Below, piece by piece: positions 18,323-28,346 of a DNA stretch of 64,000 nucleotides. This DNA is from Planctomycetota bacterium (GTDB lineage: Bacteria > Planctomycetota > UBA8108 > SXIK01). The first letter of the stretch is position 1, and each line of letters starts with the position of its first letter. Position numbers and translations under genes: made by a program. The notes under the pieces are model-generated. The model was not told the DNA's origin. It saw only the letters and a program-made list of their open reading frames with translations, and did not search any database. Location: positions 5,920,001 through 5,984,000 of the forward strand of contig CBDCXR010000004.1 in NCBI GenBank assembly GCA_965223845.1, in the 5' to 3' direction.

Positions 18323-19789
18323 ATGGCCAATCGTCGGCTGACAACTGCCGGACTCTTGCTTGTCGCTTTGGGCCTCATCCCCGTTGCGTCTTGGTCGCGA
18401 CATCACCAGCGCAGGCTCCAAGCGGAACGGATTTGCTCGGGTCCTCTCCGCGATCGAGCGATCGCGCTCGCCTCGTACGGGCTCGGGCCGATCGAGGAGA
18501 TCGGCGATCGTAAAGAGATCGCCGCGGAGATTTTTCGCGATCTCGCGAAGATCGGACAAGATCTGAAGTCTCTCAGTAGAGATCAACTCGAACGGCTCTA
18601 CCGGATCTGGATCGAGCTCTACCGAGACGACCTAGAAGCAGCCTTTCGCAGGCTGTCGGCGCTTCGCTCGATCCCGGAGGCGCCGGGGGAGTGGGTCCAG
18701 GACACGATCACCCTTCAGAGCCTTCCTTTCGATCTCTACGATTTGATTCCAATCATCCAGGCGACCGAACGATCGATCCTGCTCTCCGTAGAGGCAGACG
18801 TGACAATCGGTCTCCAAGTTTGGTTTTACCTGGAAGAGTTCGCAGCGAATCCAGTTTGGAATCCGCCTTCAAACGTCTCCGACATCGTTTATCGCGCGAC
18901 TCGCTCCCCGTTTGCTGCCGTACGGGTTCTCGCATTCGAGGCTCTTGCCGAGCTCGATCTCAGCTACGATCGATGGAACGAATTCTTCGGCCGCGAGACG
19001 AATCGCATCGTCCTCGGTGCGGCGTGCGACGCGCTCGAAAGCAGTGCGAGCCAGCCGCGATTCGACGCGTCGAGCTTGCGACGCTTCGTCGACCTTGTCG
19101 GTGTGAGGCGGTTTTCTAGTTACGCTCTTACGATTCTAGTTCGCCAGCGGGACCTCGTGCCGAAGCGAGAACTGTGGAGGGTCGCCATCGCTCGTAAGGC
19201 GGCCGACATTCGCGCTGCGGAGACCTACGGGCCTGGCTGCTTTTACGAGTCATCCGAATTCGAGCAGATCGGAGTGATTCTCGCCGGGAGCGGATGCGGC
19301 TCGCTCGCCATCCCGTACGAAGACTCACTCGCGTTTCGTTCGGTTCTTCACTACGTCGTCGCTGCGAGCATCGCCGGCTGCACTCCCGAGGACGCCGCCG
19401 AACGGCTAAGCTCCATCGCGAGACGCGACGAAGGCGCTGATGTCGTTTTCGCGATCTTCGCTTCCCGATCGAGTGATTACGGCTGCGACGAACCGATCTA
19501 CTATTGGTTTCAAAACGGCTCCGACGAGCGGCAGCTCCGCGCGTTTGAGTTACTCGAGAAGTTCGATGCGGGATCGCTCCGATTCTTCCGCGCATGCGCT
19601 CGCGACGGGTTGCGCGCCGAGACGAGAGCTATTCGGGCGCGTTCGGCGGAAGCGCTGCTCTCTGCTCCCGAATCCCTGCACGCGGAATTCCGGCGATTGG
19701 TCGAGGAAGCGCTCCGGACCGAGCGAGATGAGGCCGTCCGGTCGCAGCTTTCGCAAACGATCTCGTTTCTCGGTCGCGAAGAGCGCTAG
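18323..19789 (+). CDS. Hypothetical helical (HEAT/ARM-like) protein with an N-terminal membrane anchor
   Basis: Start MANRRLTTAGLLLVALG; AVRVLAFEALAEL and IRARSAEALL resemble HEAT repeats. Confidence 0.65.
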   Translation: MANRRLTTAGLLLVALGLIPVASWSRHHQRRLQAERICSGPLRDRAIALASYGLGPIEEIGDRKEIAAEIFRDLAKIGQDLKSLSRDQLERLYRIWIELYRDDLEAAFRRLSALRSIPEAPGEWVQDTITLQSLPFDLYDLIPIIQATERSILLSVEADVTIGLQVWFYLEEFAANPVWNPPSNVSDIVYRATRSPFAAVRVLAFEALAELDLSYDRWNEFFGRETNRIVLGAACDALESSASQPRFDASSLRRFVDLVGVRRFSSYALTILVRQRDLVPKRELWRVAIARKAADIRAAETYGPGCFYESSEFEQIGVILAGSGCGSLAIPYEDSLAFRSVLHYVVAASIAGCTPEDAAERLSSIARRDEGADVVFAIFASRSSDYGCDEPIYYWFQNGSDERQLRAFELLEKFDAGSLRFFRACARDGLRAETRAIRARSAEALLSAPESLHAEFRRLVEEALRTERDEAVRSQLSQTISFLGREER

Positions 19790-19791
19790 CG

Positions 19792-20319
19792 ATGACGCGA
19801 AGAACAAGCTTCTTGGCCCTCCTGCCGGTGACCCTCGCCCTGTCCGGCTGCGGAACCGTCCACGACCTGACGCAGGGCGGGCCGCGGATGTACGGAGGAG
19901 TGCGACAACTCCGCTCGATCGGCCCGTGCTCCTGCCTCGTTGCCCTCGGGCCGTGCGCTCTTCCCGACTTCGTGGTGAGCGCGGTCGCGGATACGGCGCT
20001 CCTTCCGATTTCGATCCCGGTCGCGCTGAGTCGTAGACCCGGTGGAAGCGAGAGTTTCTACACCGATGAATCCGCTTGGAACCAAGTGTTGGCGGCTTAC
20101 AGGTCCAAGGAGTGGGAAAATCCCGTTCGCGGCCAACGGACTCTCGAGAATATAGAGAAACTCGGCGAGCTCGAAGGCTACCGAGTCTACGCGGATCCCA
20201 CCGCCTCCGACGACGAGACGGTTGATTGTCCTGCCGACTCGCCTCTCAAGTCCGAGGACTCCACGAAACCTGGCATTCCGGTAGCGCCGCCTGAAGCCGC
20301 TTCACCCCCGCCTCGGTGA
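19792..20319 (+). CDS. YceK/YidQ (DUF1375)-like lipoprotein with a C-terminal extension
   Basis: Lipobox LSGC; YGGVR and DFVVSAVADTALLP motifs. The 3' end overlaps the convergent LRR gene by 74 nt. Confidence 0.7.
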   Translation: MTRRTSFLALLPVTLALSGCGTVHDLTQGGPRMYGGVRQLRSIGPCSCLVALGPCALPDFVVSAVADTALLPISIPVALSRRPGGSESFYTDESAWNQVLAAYRSKEWENPVRGQRTLENIEKLGELEGYRVYADPTASDDETVDCPADSPLKSEDSTKPGIPVAPPEAASPPPR

Positions 20320-20920
20320 CGTTCGTTCTCTTAAGGACGATGAACCGGAGGTTCTTGAGTCCGCGCAAGTGCTCGAGGCCGCCGTCACTCACGACCGTGT
20401 CGTAGAGGTTGAGATTTCGCAATTGCGACATGTTGGCGAGGTGCGGGAGAGTTTCGTTCGTGATCTTGGAGCGACCGAGAGTCAGGCTTTCGAGCTGAAT
20501 GAGCCCTTTGAGATGCGCCGTGCCGGCGTCGCTCACGACGGACGACGGGCAGTAGAGATTCCGCAGGCGGGTGAGCTTTCCGATGTGCGCGAAGGCCTCG
20601 TCGCCGATCGGACCGGAGATGCTGAGACTCGTGAGCTGTCGCATGCCATCGAGATGCGCGAGCGCTCCATCGCTGATGCCGGTCTTGAAGAGATTGAGCG
20701 ACTGGAGATCCTTGAGCTCGCTGACATCCTTGACCGCCGCGTCTTTTACCTCGGTTCCTTCGAGGTATACGGAGACGACGGCCGATCGCGCCTTGCCCCC
20801 GAGTGCGCGAATGCGGGCGAGCGCGGACTCGCGATCTCCCTTCGCTTCGGCGGAAAGCCCGGCAAGCAAAACTACAGCGAAGAGCGAGACGGCGGAGAGG
20901 TAGAGGAAGCGAGCATTCAT
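20246..20920 (-). CDS. Secreted leucine-rich repeat protein
   Basis: Signal peptide MNARFLYLSAVSLFAVVLL; repeats LxxLxLxxTxISDxGLxHL; ends VKRLQAALPECQV. Confidence 0.85.
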   Translation of the reverse strand: MNARFLYLSAVSLFAVVLLAGLSAEAKGDRESALARIRALGGKARSAVVSVYLEGTEVKDAAVKDVSELKDLQSLNLFKTGISDGALAHLDGMRQLTSLSISGPIGDEAFAHIGKLTRLRNLYCPSSVVSDAGTAHLKGLIQLESLTLGRSKITNETLPHLANMSQLRNLNLYDTVVSDGGLEHLRGLKNLRFIVLKRTNVTEAGVKRLQAALPECQVSWSPRT

Positions 20921-21072
20921 CTGCGGTCCTCCGAGAAGAAGAAACACCGGACGACCGACAAGTCGCACCGGCGGTCCACGTGGGCGGACGAAACACGGGC
21001 ATCATCCACGAAGTACGATGAGCCCGCGCGAGTTCGTGTCACGATTGTGTCATAGACCGAGCGAACTGGGCG

Positions 21073-24000
21073 CTAGCCCCCACAATCGCTCGCGCAGCCC
21101 TCGATGCGGACGCATCGTGTTCCGAGCGCCGGCGGCGGTCCTTCGAGGAAGATGTAGTTGAGGACGAAGATCACGTCGCTCACGTTGACTCCGCCGCTCG
21201 CGTTCGCGTCGAGAAGCGCGACGTTTCCGGCGCTCGCGATATCGCCGTCGCAGGGCATCGCCGCTCCGGCGCCGCCGAAGAGACGACGGAGGAGCGAGAG
21301 TCCGTCCGAGATGTCGAGTCGTCCGTCGACGTTGCTGTCGCTCGGGAGGCGTCGTCCGCCCGGCGCGGCGCCGTCGTCGTCGCGGCCCGGCGAGCCGCCG
21401 GGATCGGCGCTCTCGTTCCAGCTGTCCGGATCGGCCCACGCGGAGGTGTCGACGCCGTCGTCGACGATGTGGAGCGAGGGGCCGCCGCCGTCGGTCGCGC
21501 CGTACCAGAGGTCGCTGTACTCGAACTCGAGGATCGTGAGGTTCTGGCCGTAGGTGAGACGGAGCCGTTCGCCGCCGTTGCTGAGCCGGCCGGAGTACTC
21601 TCCGGCGATCGAGATTTCGCTCGTGTCGTAGACGGACTCGAACACTTGCCGGTTCTCGACGACGACGACGTACTCGCCGGGCCCGAGTCCGTCGATCTCG
21701 CCATCGGCGAAGTCGAACTCGACGCCGTCGGAGAGCGAGACCTCGCCGAGATCGACAAATGTCGGCCCGATGTTCCGCACTTCGACGAACTCGTGATCGA
21801 TTCCCTCGAGCGGATGGTACATGAGCTCGGTGATGCGAAGAGACTCGACCGCCGCGGGCGCCGTGCTCGGCGCGGTCGGAACGAACTCGACCGATTCCGA
21901 CCACTGGCTCCAGCGTTCGTTCTCGTCCTTCATGCGGACGCGAATGCGGTAGCGCGTCCCGATCTCGAGCGCGTCGATCGGGATCGTCACGTCCGAGACG
22001 AAGACGTCCGACTCCTCGCTTTCCCAGACCGCATCGATCTCGTAGCGGCGACGCTTCAAGGGATCAAACTCGGGCGTGCCAGGAATCGTCACCTCGCCGA
22101 CGCGCCATTTCATCCCGCCGAAGGTATCGGGGCCCTGCGGATCGTCGAACTCACTCGCACGGAAGCGTAGATCATCGAGCGGAAAGCTCGGCGCACCGAG
22201 CGCGACGACCGTCGGGCGATCGGGTATCGCGCCGTCACGCGCGTGCGAGCGAAGCTGGTTCGCACCGTAGCCCTCGAGCGCGAAATCCTTGATCCACTCG
22301 GCCATGCCGCGGTGGTCGGCCGATACGAGTGTGCGAGTGATCGTCCCGCCGCGAGCCGAGTGCGTCGAAGGGTTGCGATAGAACGCGCCGCGATGGCCGC
22401 CGGACGTGCGTGGATGGTAGTTCCACATCGCCTCGTCGACGTCCGCGAAGGAGAGCTCCGCGCCGGGCGGCGTGACTCGCTCGAGGAGCTCATCGACGAC
22501 GATGCCGAACTGCCCGTCGGCAAAAAGGAGATCCTGCAGCTCGCGCGCGCGATTCGCATACTCGATGCGAAACGTCACGTGCTGCGAGAGGCAGTTTTGA
22601 AAGTTCATGATGCCGGACCAGTGAGTCACCGGCATGTAGAGCATGTCGAGGTCCCACGGGATCACCGTCCAGTTGTCCGGCTCGGGACTGTGGTACTGGA
22701 AGATGTTCCAGCCCTCGCGGAGGTCCATGTTGTTCACGGCGCGGTTGGTCGCGCGGAACGAGTAGTACCCCAGAAGATTCACGTTCGAGCGCCACCACGC
22801 GATGGACTGGTTCCGGTTGTAGCCGTTCTTGAGCGCGGAGTAGTCGGACGACGTCGTCACCTGCGTCGGTCCTTGGTTCTTCTTGTCGCCGTTCCCGCCT
22901 TCGATCTTGTAGGTGTTCCCGTCCGGCAGATTTCGCTCGTCGAGGAACGCTCCGTCGGGGATCTCGACCGTGAGATAGAGCCCCCAGAGATCGCCGCGAT
23001 ACTGGTCGCTCGCGTGCGCCTCGACGGCCTCGTCGATGATGCGCAGGTGAAAGAAGCCCGTGTTCGGCGACGGAACGCCCGCGAGTCCGTAAGAGCGAAA
23101 CGCGACCGCCTCGTCGAGTCCGCCCATGCCGCGGTTCGTCGGTACCCACGGCGACGCACACGCGTTCCAGTTCATCCGGCGCCAGCTCGCGTCGTACTTC
23201 CTTCCGTAGTTGTCGCGCGCCTCGAACTCGTGACCGCGATTGAAGTGGATGCGCCACTTGTTCTTCCCGGAGACGTACGTCGAAAACTCGCCGCGGTTCT
23301 CGAACTCGATGTGATCGTAGACGACGCCGTCGTAGACGAGCGTGCCGAGAAAATGAACACCGTCCGACCCGCTGTTGTACTGACTGCGTGTGACGTCGGC
23401 CGCGTCAGCGATGAGATGGTAGACGGGAAGCGAACGCATCAGCTCTTCGCTGAAGGTCTGGACGGGAGTCGACCCCGGGCGGCTCGCCCCTCTCCACGAC
23501 GGCACTCCGTCGTAGACGAAGTAGGCGAAATTCGGTTGCAGGTCGTCGGGGTAGGGAACGGTCACCGCGTCGCCGACGCCGTCGACCGCGCGGATGCGGT
23601 AGCGAACGAAGCGCCGGTGCTGCTGAATCGCGGCGGGGATCGTCGCGGTGAACACATCATCGGCCGGCGCAGCGTCGAGTCCAGTACCGTCGTCGACCAT
23701 CGGAAGCTCGGTCCAGCTCGTCTCGTAGCGGGGATCGTCGAGCGGAATGTAGTCGCCCGGATCGACCGTCTGATACTCGAGCGTCACCGCCCCGATCCCG
23801 TCCGGGTCGGTCGCCTTGATGCTCACCGCGACCGGCACTCCGCTCGCCGGTTCCTTCGGCTCGTGATCGACTTGGCGGAGAAGCGGCGGGATGGCGTCAG
23901 ACGCCACGGAGTTGATTCCTCCGGGAGTCGGCCCGGCGCCTGCGCCCTCCGACTGGAGAAGTCGTCCATCGAAAAACGCGTCGCTGCTTCCCGCAAGCGA

Positions 24001-24954
24001 AACGTTGAAGAACTGAACCGCGAGCACGTTGTCGCCCGGGACGAGGTATCCGGCGGGATTCGGAAGTGAAAACTCGATGAACTCGCGGTTCTCGCGGGTG
24101 TTGTCGGCCGTGTCGTTGTACGCCGGGTCGGTCGGAGTGACACTCGCCCGCGCGACGAGTGCGCCGTTGATCCACGCGGCGAAGCCGTCGTCGTATTGAG
24201 CTTCGAGAATGAGTCCGCCGACTTCGGCGGGGTCCGCGACGTTGAACGTTCGCCTCAGGTAGACGGACGAGTACTCGCCGCGCATGTCGTCGAGATCCGT
24301 CACGATGAAGTCCTCGCCGAAGCCGATCGGCGAGCGACCGGAGCCCCACGTGCCGTCGTCGAACTCGATCGTGCGCCACTCTCCGCGCGGATCGGACGCC
24401 TCGCTCGTCCCCTTTCGGTAGCGCCAGAGTCCGCCCGACGCGACGAGCGTGTTGAGCTCGCCGAGGCTCGGATTCGAGATGCGCCAGCTCCCGCCGAGAT
24501 TGTTGTCGAGACCGGGGTCGAGCAGCTCCATCGAAAAGCCACCGCCCGTCGTCGGCCAAGGAAAGCCGCGGCGGAAATCGACCGCGTCCTCACGAAAGCC
24601 GGCGGCGTTTCGAAGCACGATCTCTTCCCCTTCGTTCGAGATGCGTCCTTCGAACGGGCCGATGACATTCGGCGCGGCGTATTCTTGTTCGACCGTCGAG
24701 ACATCCTGGGCGACGACAAGGTAGCCGCCGACGGGAAGCGTCGTACCGACGGGGATCGTGAACCGGACGCCGCCGGTGAGCGACCAGCCCGAGAGGTCGA
24801 CTTCGGCCTGACCGGCGTTCACGAGCTCGACGAACTCCTCCGGAACGGTCTTGTCGTCGGGGACGGAGTGGATCTCGTTGATCACGACGTGATCGGTCGC
24901 GAGGACGCGACTCGACGCCCACGCGAGGAGAAGGAGAGCAGCGGATCGGTTCAT
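21073..24954 (-). CDS. Secreted lamin-tail-domain / CotH kinase protein with a C-terminal dockerin-like domain
   Basis: VVINEI...EFVELVN lamin-tail domains; CotH motifs ENRG, KNKWRIHF, WGLYLTVE, NNMD..GWN, IPWDLD; tail SDSNVDGRLDISD...DANASGGVNVSD. Confidence 0.85.
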   Translation of the reverse strand: MNRSAALLLLAWASSRVLATDHVVINEIHSVPDDKTVPEEFVELVNAGQAEVDLSGWSLTGGVRFTIPVGTTLPVGGYLVVAQDVSTVEQEYAAPNVIGPFEGRISNEGEEIVLRNAAGFREDAVDFRRGFPWPTTGGGFSMELLDPGLDNNLGGSWRISNPSLGELNTLVASGGLWRYRKGTSEASDPRGEWRTIEFDDGTWGSGRSPIGFGEDFIVTDLDDMRGEYSSVYLRRTFNVADPAEVGGLILEAQYDDGFAAWINGALVARASVTPTDPAYNDTADNTRENREFIEFSLPNPAGYLVPGDNVLAVQFFNVSLAGSSDAFFDGRLLQSEGAGAGPTPGGINSVASDAIPPLLRQVDHEPKEPASGVPVAVSIKATDPDGIGAVTLEYQTVDPGDYIPLDDPRYETSWTELPMVDDGTGLDAAPADDVFTATIPAAIQQHRRFVRYRIRAVDGVGDAVTVPYPDDLQPNFAYFVYDGVPSWRGASRPGSTPVQTFSEELMRSLPVYHLIADAADVTRSQYNSGSDGVHFLGTLVYDGVVYDHIEFENRGEFSTYVSGKNKWRIHFNRGHEFEARDNYGRKYDASWRRMNWNACASPWVPTNRGMGGLDEAVAFRSYGLAGVPSPNTGFFHLRIIDEAVEAHASDQYRGDLWGLYLTVEIPDGAFLDERNLPDGNTYKIEGGNGDKKNQGPTQVTTSSDYSALKNGYNRNQSIAWWRSNVNLLGYYSFRATNRAVNNMDLREGWNIFQYHSPEPDNWTVIPWDLDMLYMPVTHWSGIMNFQNCLSQHVTFRIEYANRARELQDLLFADGQFGIVVDELLERVTPPGAELSFADVDEAMWNYHPRTSGGHRGAFYRNPSTHSARGGTITRTLVSADHRGMAEWIKDFALEGYGANQLRSHARDGAIPDRPTVVALGAPSFPLDDLRFRASEFDDPQGPDTFGGMKWRVGEVTIPGTPEFDPLKRRRYEIDAVWESEESDVFVSDVTIPIDALEIGTRYRIRVRMKDENERWSQWSESVEFVPTAPSTAPAAVESLRITELMYHPLEGIDHEFVEVRNIGPTFVDLGEVSLSDGVEFDFADGEIDGLGPGEYVVVVENRQVFESVYDTSEISIAGEYSGRLSNGGERLRLTYGQNLTILEFEYSDLWYGATDGGGPSLHIVDDGVDTSAWADPDSWNESADPGGSPGRDDDGAAPGGRRLPSDSNVDGRLDISDGLSLLRRLFGGAGAAMPCDGDIASAGNVALLDANASGGVNVSDVIFVLNYIFLEGPPPALGTRCVRIEGCASDCGG

Positions 24955-25077
24955 GGGATTCCTGAGGGGTGAGAATGAAGAATCCATGATGAGCGCACGA
25001 AGCGCTCGAGACTACTTCATTCCTTCCGCTCGGAACCGTCCGGCACCGACCGGTGAGCTCCCCTTCGGCGGCTGCGG

Positions 25078-26217
25078 CTATTCCGCGCGCACGGCCTCCG
25101 GTACGTTCGCGTAGCGGCGCGCCGATTCGGGGGTGATTTCGCCCGCGGCCGCGAGCGTGTCGAGGTGCTGTTCGAGCGTGCTCAGGCCCTGCCTCGACTG
25201 CGTCTGAAGGGTCGAATAGAGCTGGTGGAGGTTCCCGGTACGAATGAGATTGCTCACCGCGGGAACCGTGCGCAAGACTTCCATCGCGACCCGTCGCCCC
25301 GGTCCCTCCGCGCGCGGGACGAGCTTCTGTCCGATCACGTAGGCGAGGCTGAACGAGAGCTGAGTCGCGAGCTCCTTCAGTCGTTCGGACGGAAACATGT
25401 CGAGGATGCGGGTGATCGCGCCCTTCGTGTCTTTCGTGTGGAGCGTCGAGAGGACGAGGTGGCCGGTCTCCGCCGCGGAGAGGGCGAGAGCCGTCGTCTC
25501 GGGGTCGCGCATCTCGCCGACGAGGATCACGTCCGGATCTTCGCGAAGTGCGCTCCGAAGTCCGCTCGCGAAGGTCTCGACGTGCCGTCCGAGCTCGCGC
25601 TGCGAAATGAGAGCGCGGTCGCTTTGGATCACGTACTCGATCGGATCTTCGAGCGTCACGATGCGAACGGGGCGCTCCGCGTTGATGCGGTGGAGGAGAC
25701 TCGCGATCGTCGTCGTCTTTCCGCTTCCCGTGATCCCGGTGACGATCACCAGACCCTGCTGCAGATCGACGATCTCGCGCCAAGTCGAGGGCGAAGGAAA
25801 CCCGATCTCCTCTAGGCTTGGGACAGCTCGCGGGATCACGCGAATCGCGCATGCGATCCCGTCGCGATCGTGAAACGCGTTGATGCGGAAGCCGAGCTCG
25901 CGTTCGCGCCACTCGAAGGCGGCGTCGATGTCGGTGCCCGATTCCTCGAGACGGCGGATCGCACTTTCGGTGAGAAGCGGGAAGAGAAGGTCGCGCAGCA
26001 CCGCACGCTCCAGGGGGACTGCACCTTCGAGAGGTCGAATGTCGGCATCGATGCGAAAGCTCGCCGGCTCACCGACCTTTAGATGAAGATCGGAGATGCG
26101 CCAGACACTTCCCGAGTGGTAGCTCGGATCGGTGAAGCGCTCGAGGAGATCGAGAATGCTCTCGTCTCGCTCCCCGACCCGATACACCTTGCGGTTCCTG
26201 AGATCAGGATTGGACAT
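25078..26217 (-). CDS. pilT: PilT/PilU family twitching-motility ATPase
   Basis: SDLHL, FRINAF, Walker A GITGSGKTT, TLEDPIE, ALREDPDVILVGEMRD, AETGHLVLSTLHT, AVSNLIR. Confidence 0.9.
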   Translation of the reverse strand: MSNPDLRNRKVYRVGERDESILDLLERFTDPSYHSGSVWRISDLHLKVGEPASFRIDADIRPLEGAVPLERAVLRDLLFPLLTESAIRRLEESGTDIDAAFEWRERELGFRINAFHDRDGIACAIRVIPRAVPSLEEIGFPSPSTWREIVDLQQGLVIVTGITGSGKTTTIASLLHRINAERPVRIVTLEDPIEYVIQSDRALISQRELGRHVETFASGLRSALREDPDVILVGEMRDPETTALALSAAETGHLVLSTLHTKDTKGAITRILDMFPSERLKELATQLSFSLAYVIGQKLVPRAEGPGRRVAMEVLRTVPAVSNLIRTGNLHQLYSTLQTQSRQGLSTLEQHLDTLAAAGEITPESARRYANVPEAVRAE

Positions 26218-26402
26218 CGCGAAACACCTCGCTGCGAGAGAGCGCGAACTCGTCGGAGTCCGCTGCCATCCGGTCCATCGCAACTTTCGGTCCGAGCGAT
26301 CCGACCGTTCACGTTCGCCGTGTTCTTCGGGGTGTCGGGCGGAACAGTTCCAGAACGATCTGCCTCGAACTGTAATAGCCGCCCCACAAGTGTGCGTTCT
26401 GG

Positions 26403-28244
26403 CTACAAGGGTGGTTCCTTCGACACGATGGATTCGGCGTAGCGAAGCTCCCCCGTCCGTCCATTGTAGAACTGAAAGATCACCTGCGGCCGCGGATACG
26501 CCACCCAGCGCTCGTCGCCCACGCGCTGCGCGTTGTTGTAGACGTTGTTGACCTGGACGACGCAGTAGGTCGGGTAGAGAAGCTCCGTTCGGGGGATGTC
26601 CGGTCTAAAGTGCGTCGACCACCGGATCTCGACCTCTCGCGGGCCGTACTTGAACGGCCCGTTCGCCGGGCGATCGCCCTCGTCCGTCGCCCAGTGGTTG
26701 TTCGAGTTGTGGGGGCCCGAGCCGAACTCCCAGACGTTGTCGGTGACGCGGATGGCGAAGCTGTTGTGGAGGTCGCCCGTGAGAACGCAAACGGGGCGAT
26801 CGAGCGCGTCGAACGCGTTGATGAGTCGTTCGCGCTCGTCGAAAAACACCGTCCACGCGTCGTCCTTGTTCGTCGAGCGGATCTTGCCGCCACCGACGTG
26901 AGGGATCATGAAATTGACGCTCGAGACGACGAAGATGAAATCGGCGTCGCTCGCGCCCACTCCTTCGAGCAGCCAATCTCGCTGGATCGGGCCGAGCATC
27001 GAGAGGCCCTTCCTGTACGGATCGCGTGTGTCGTGCATCTGTCGCTGCCCGCGCGTATCGAGGACGAAGAAGTCGCAGTTGCTCACGCGCATGTGGTAGT
27101 AGGAGCGCCGGCCGATCGAATAGGACACCTCTTCGGATGCCTTCGGCGGAGGGGCGATCTTCAGTCGATTTCGGTCGAGGACTTCGACGACGCGGTAGAC
27201 GCCGGCGGTCTCGACGCCCCCGACTCCGTCGAGGTCGTTGTCGTTCACGCCTGCGGTCTCCGTTCCCCAGTGGACGTGGAGATTGTTCGTCTGGGCAAAG
27301 TCGATCTTCGCGAAATCGGCGCTCGGGTCGACGAGGACATCGCTCCCCGCCGTCAGCCGCGCGCGCCCGAAGTGAACTCGCTGCGGGAACGACGTCGGGT
27401 TGCTCCACGCGAGATAGTCGTACCAGGCGCGGACGCCGATATCGCGGAACACGGCGCGCCGATCGCGGAGACCGGGCGATCCCGCGCCCCAGATGTCGTT
27501 GAGGGCCTCGTGATCGTCGTAGGTGAAGAACGACGGCACGCGGCGGTGCCAGTGGGCGAGGTTTTCACCGTGCGAGAGGAAGTACTTGTAGTTCTCCCAG
27601 ACGCCGACGATCGTCGGCGCGGCCGCGACGACGGCGGGGAGGGGGCCGGCGAGCTCGACTTGAGCCGCCCAGTTCTTCGGCGAATAGGCGCGCTCGCGTT
27701 CGTAGAGCCAATCGCCGTTTAGGATCGCGAAGTGAATGCGGTCGGCGATGCGCTCGAGCATCGTCCCGAACGTCGGCAGCGCGGGTCCGATCGAGTGCTC
27801 GGCGTTCTGGTTGTTCCCGCAGGCGTACTCGAAGCTGAAGTTGAACCTCCCGTCGGGATTGAGCTCGGGGTGGCGGTAGTCATTCGCATCGGGAAGCGTG
27901 CGGAACGATCCGCTCCGCCCCGCGCGGCCGAGATCGCCGGGAATCGACAGGTTGTAGTAGTACTTCGTATTTGCCGCGAGCCCGGTGATGTGGACCCAGC
28001 CGGTGTTGTCACGTTCGTTCGCAGTCGCGACGGGATCGGTCTTCCGATCGAGCCGCTTCGGATTGGTGCCGTACTCGACGACGAAGCTCCCCGCGCGCCG
28101 CGTGCGCGCCCAGATGCCGATTCCGTCCGAGCTGACGCGGCCGAGGATCGGTCCGTGCGTGATGGAGTTCGGCTCTTCGGCGCGAACGGTCGAGCCGAGT
28201 GGTAGTAGGGCGAGTGCAGCGGAGACCGTGAGCAAACGGTTCAT
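26403..28244 (-). CDS. phoD: Secreted PhoD-like metallophosphatase
   Basis: Signal peptide; HGPILG, NGDWLYE, YDDHE, LDTR, LTGDLH. Confidence 0.8.
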   Translation of the reverse strand: MNRLLTVSAALALLPLGSTVRAEEPNSITHGPILGRVSSDGIGIWARTRRAGSFVVEYGTNPKRLDRKTDPVATANERDNTGWVHITGLAANTKYYYNLSIPGDLGRAGRSGSFRTLPDANDYRHPELNPDGRFNFSFEYACGNNQNAEHSIGPALPTFGTMLERIADRIHFAILNGDWLYERERAYSPKNWAAQVELAGPLPAVVAAAPTIVGVWENYKYFLSHGENLAHWHRRVPSFFTYDDHEALNDIWGAGSPGLRDRRAVFRDIGVRAWYDYLAWSNPTSFPQRVHFGRARLTAGSDVLVDPSADFAKIDFAQTNNLHVHWGTETAGVNDNDLDGVGGVETAGVYRVVEVLDRNRLKIAPPPKASEEVSYSIGRRSYYHMRVSNCDFFVLDTRGQRQMHDTRDPYRKGLSMLGPIQRDWLLEGVGASDADFIFVVSSVNFMIPHVGGGKIRSTNKDDAWTVFFDERERLINAFDALDRPVCVLTGDLHNSFAIRVTDNVWEFGSGPHNSNNHWATDEGDRPANGPFKYGPREVEIRWSTHFRPDIPRTELLYPTYCVVQVNNVYNNAQRVGDERWVAYPRPQVIFQFYNGRTGELRYAESIVSKEPPL

Positions 28245-28346
28245 AAGGATTTTTACTCTCTGAGGATGTGGTGGGAGACGAAGGAAGATCGGGGATGATA
28301 CAACACCGAGCGATGGCCGAGATCGACATTCACTCGGGAGAGGACC

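Noticed and set aside
17819-18586. Overlapping N-terminal extensions of ORFs 16103-18586 (-) and 17819-19789 (+)
   Set aside because: Signal or anchor sequences place the starts at 18148 and 18323; the extensions are high-GC open-frame artefacts.
22243-24069. Long antisense or alternate-frame ORFs (also 34069-35694, 51099-52682, 58631-60808, 13563-14897)
   Set aside because: Arg/Ala-rich shadows of well-supported genes, with no motifs of their own.
25078-26217. Solitary pilT as a novel secretion locus
   Set aside because: Dispersed PilT paralogs are common and no pilin or platform genes are adjacent.
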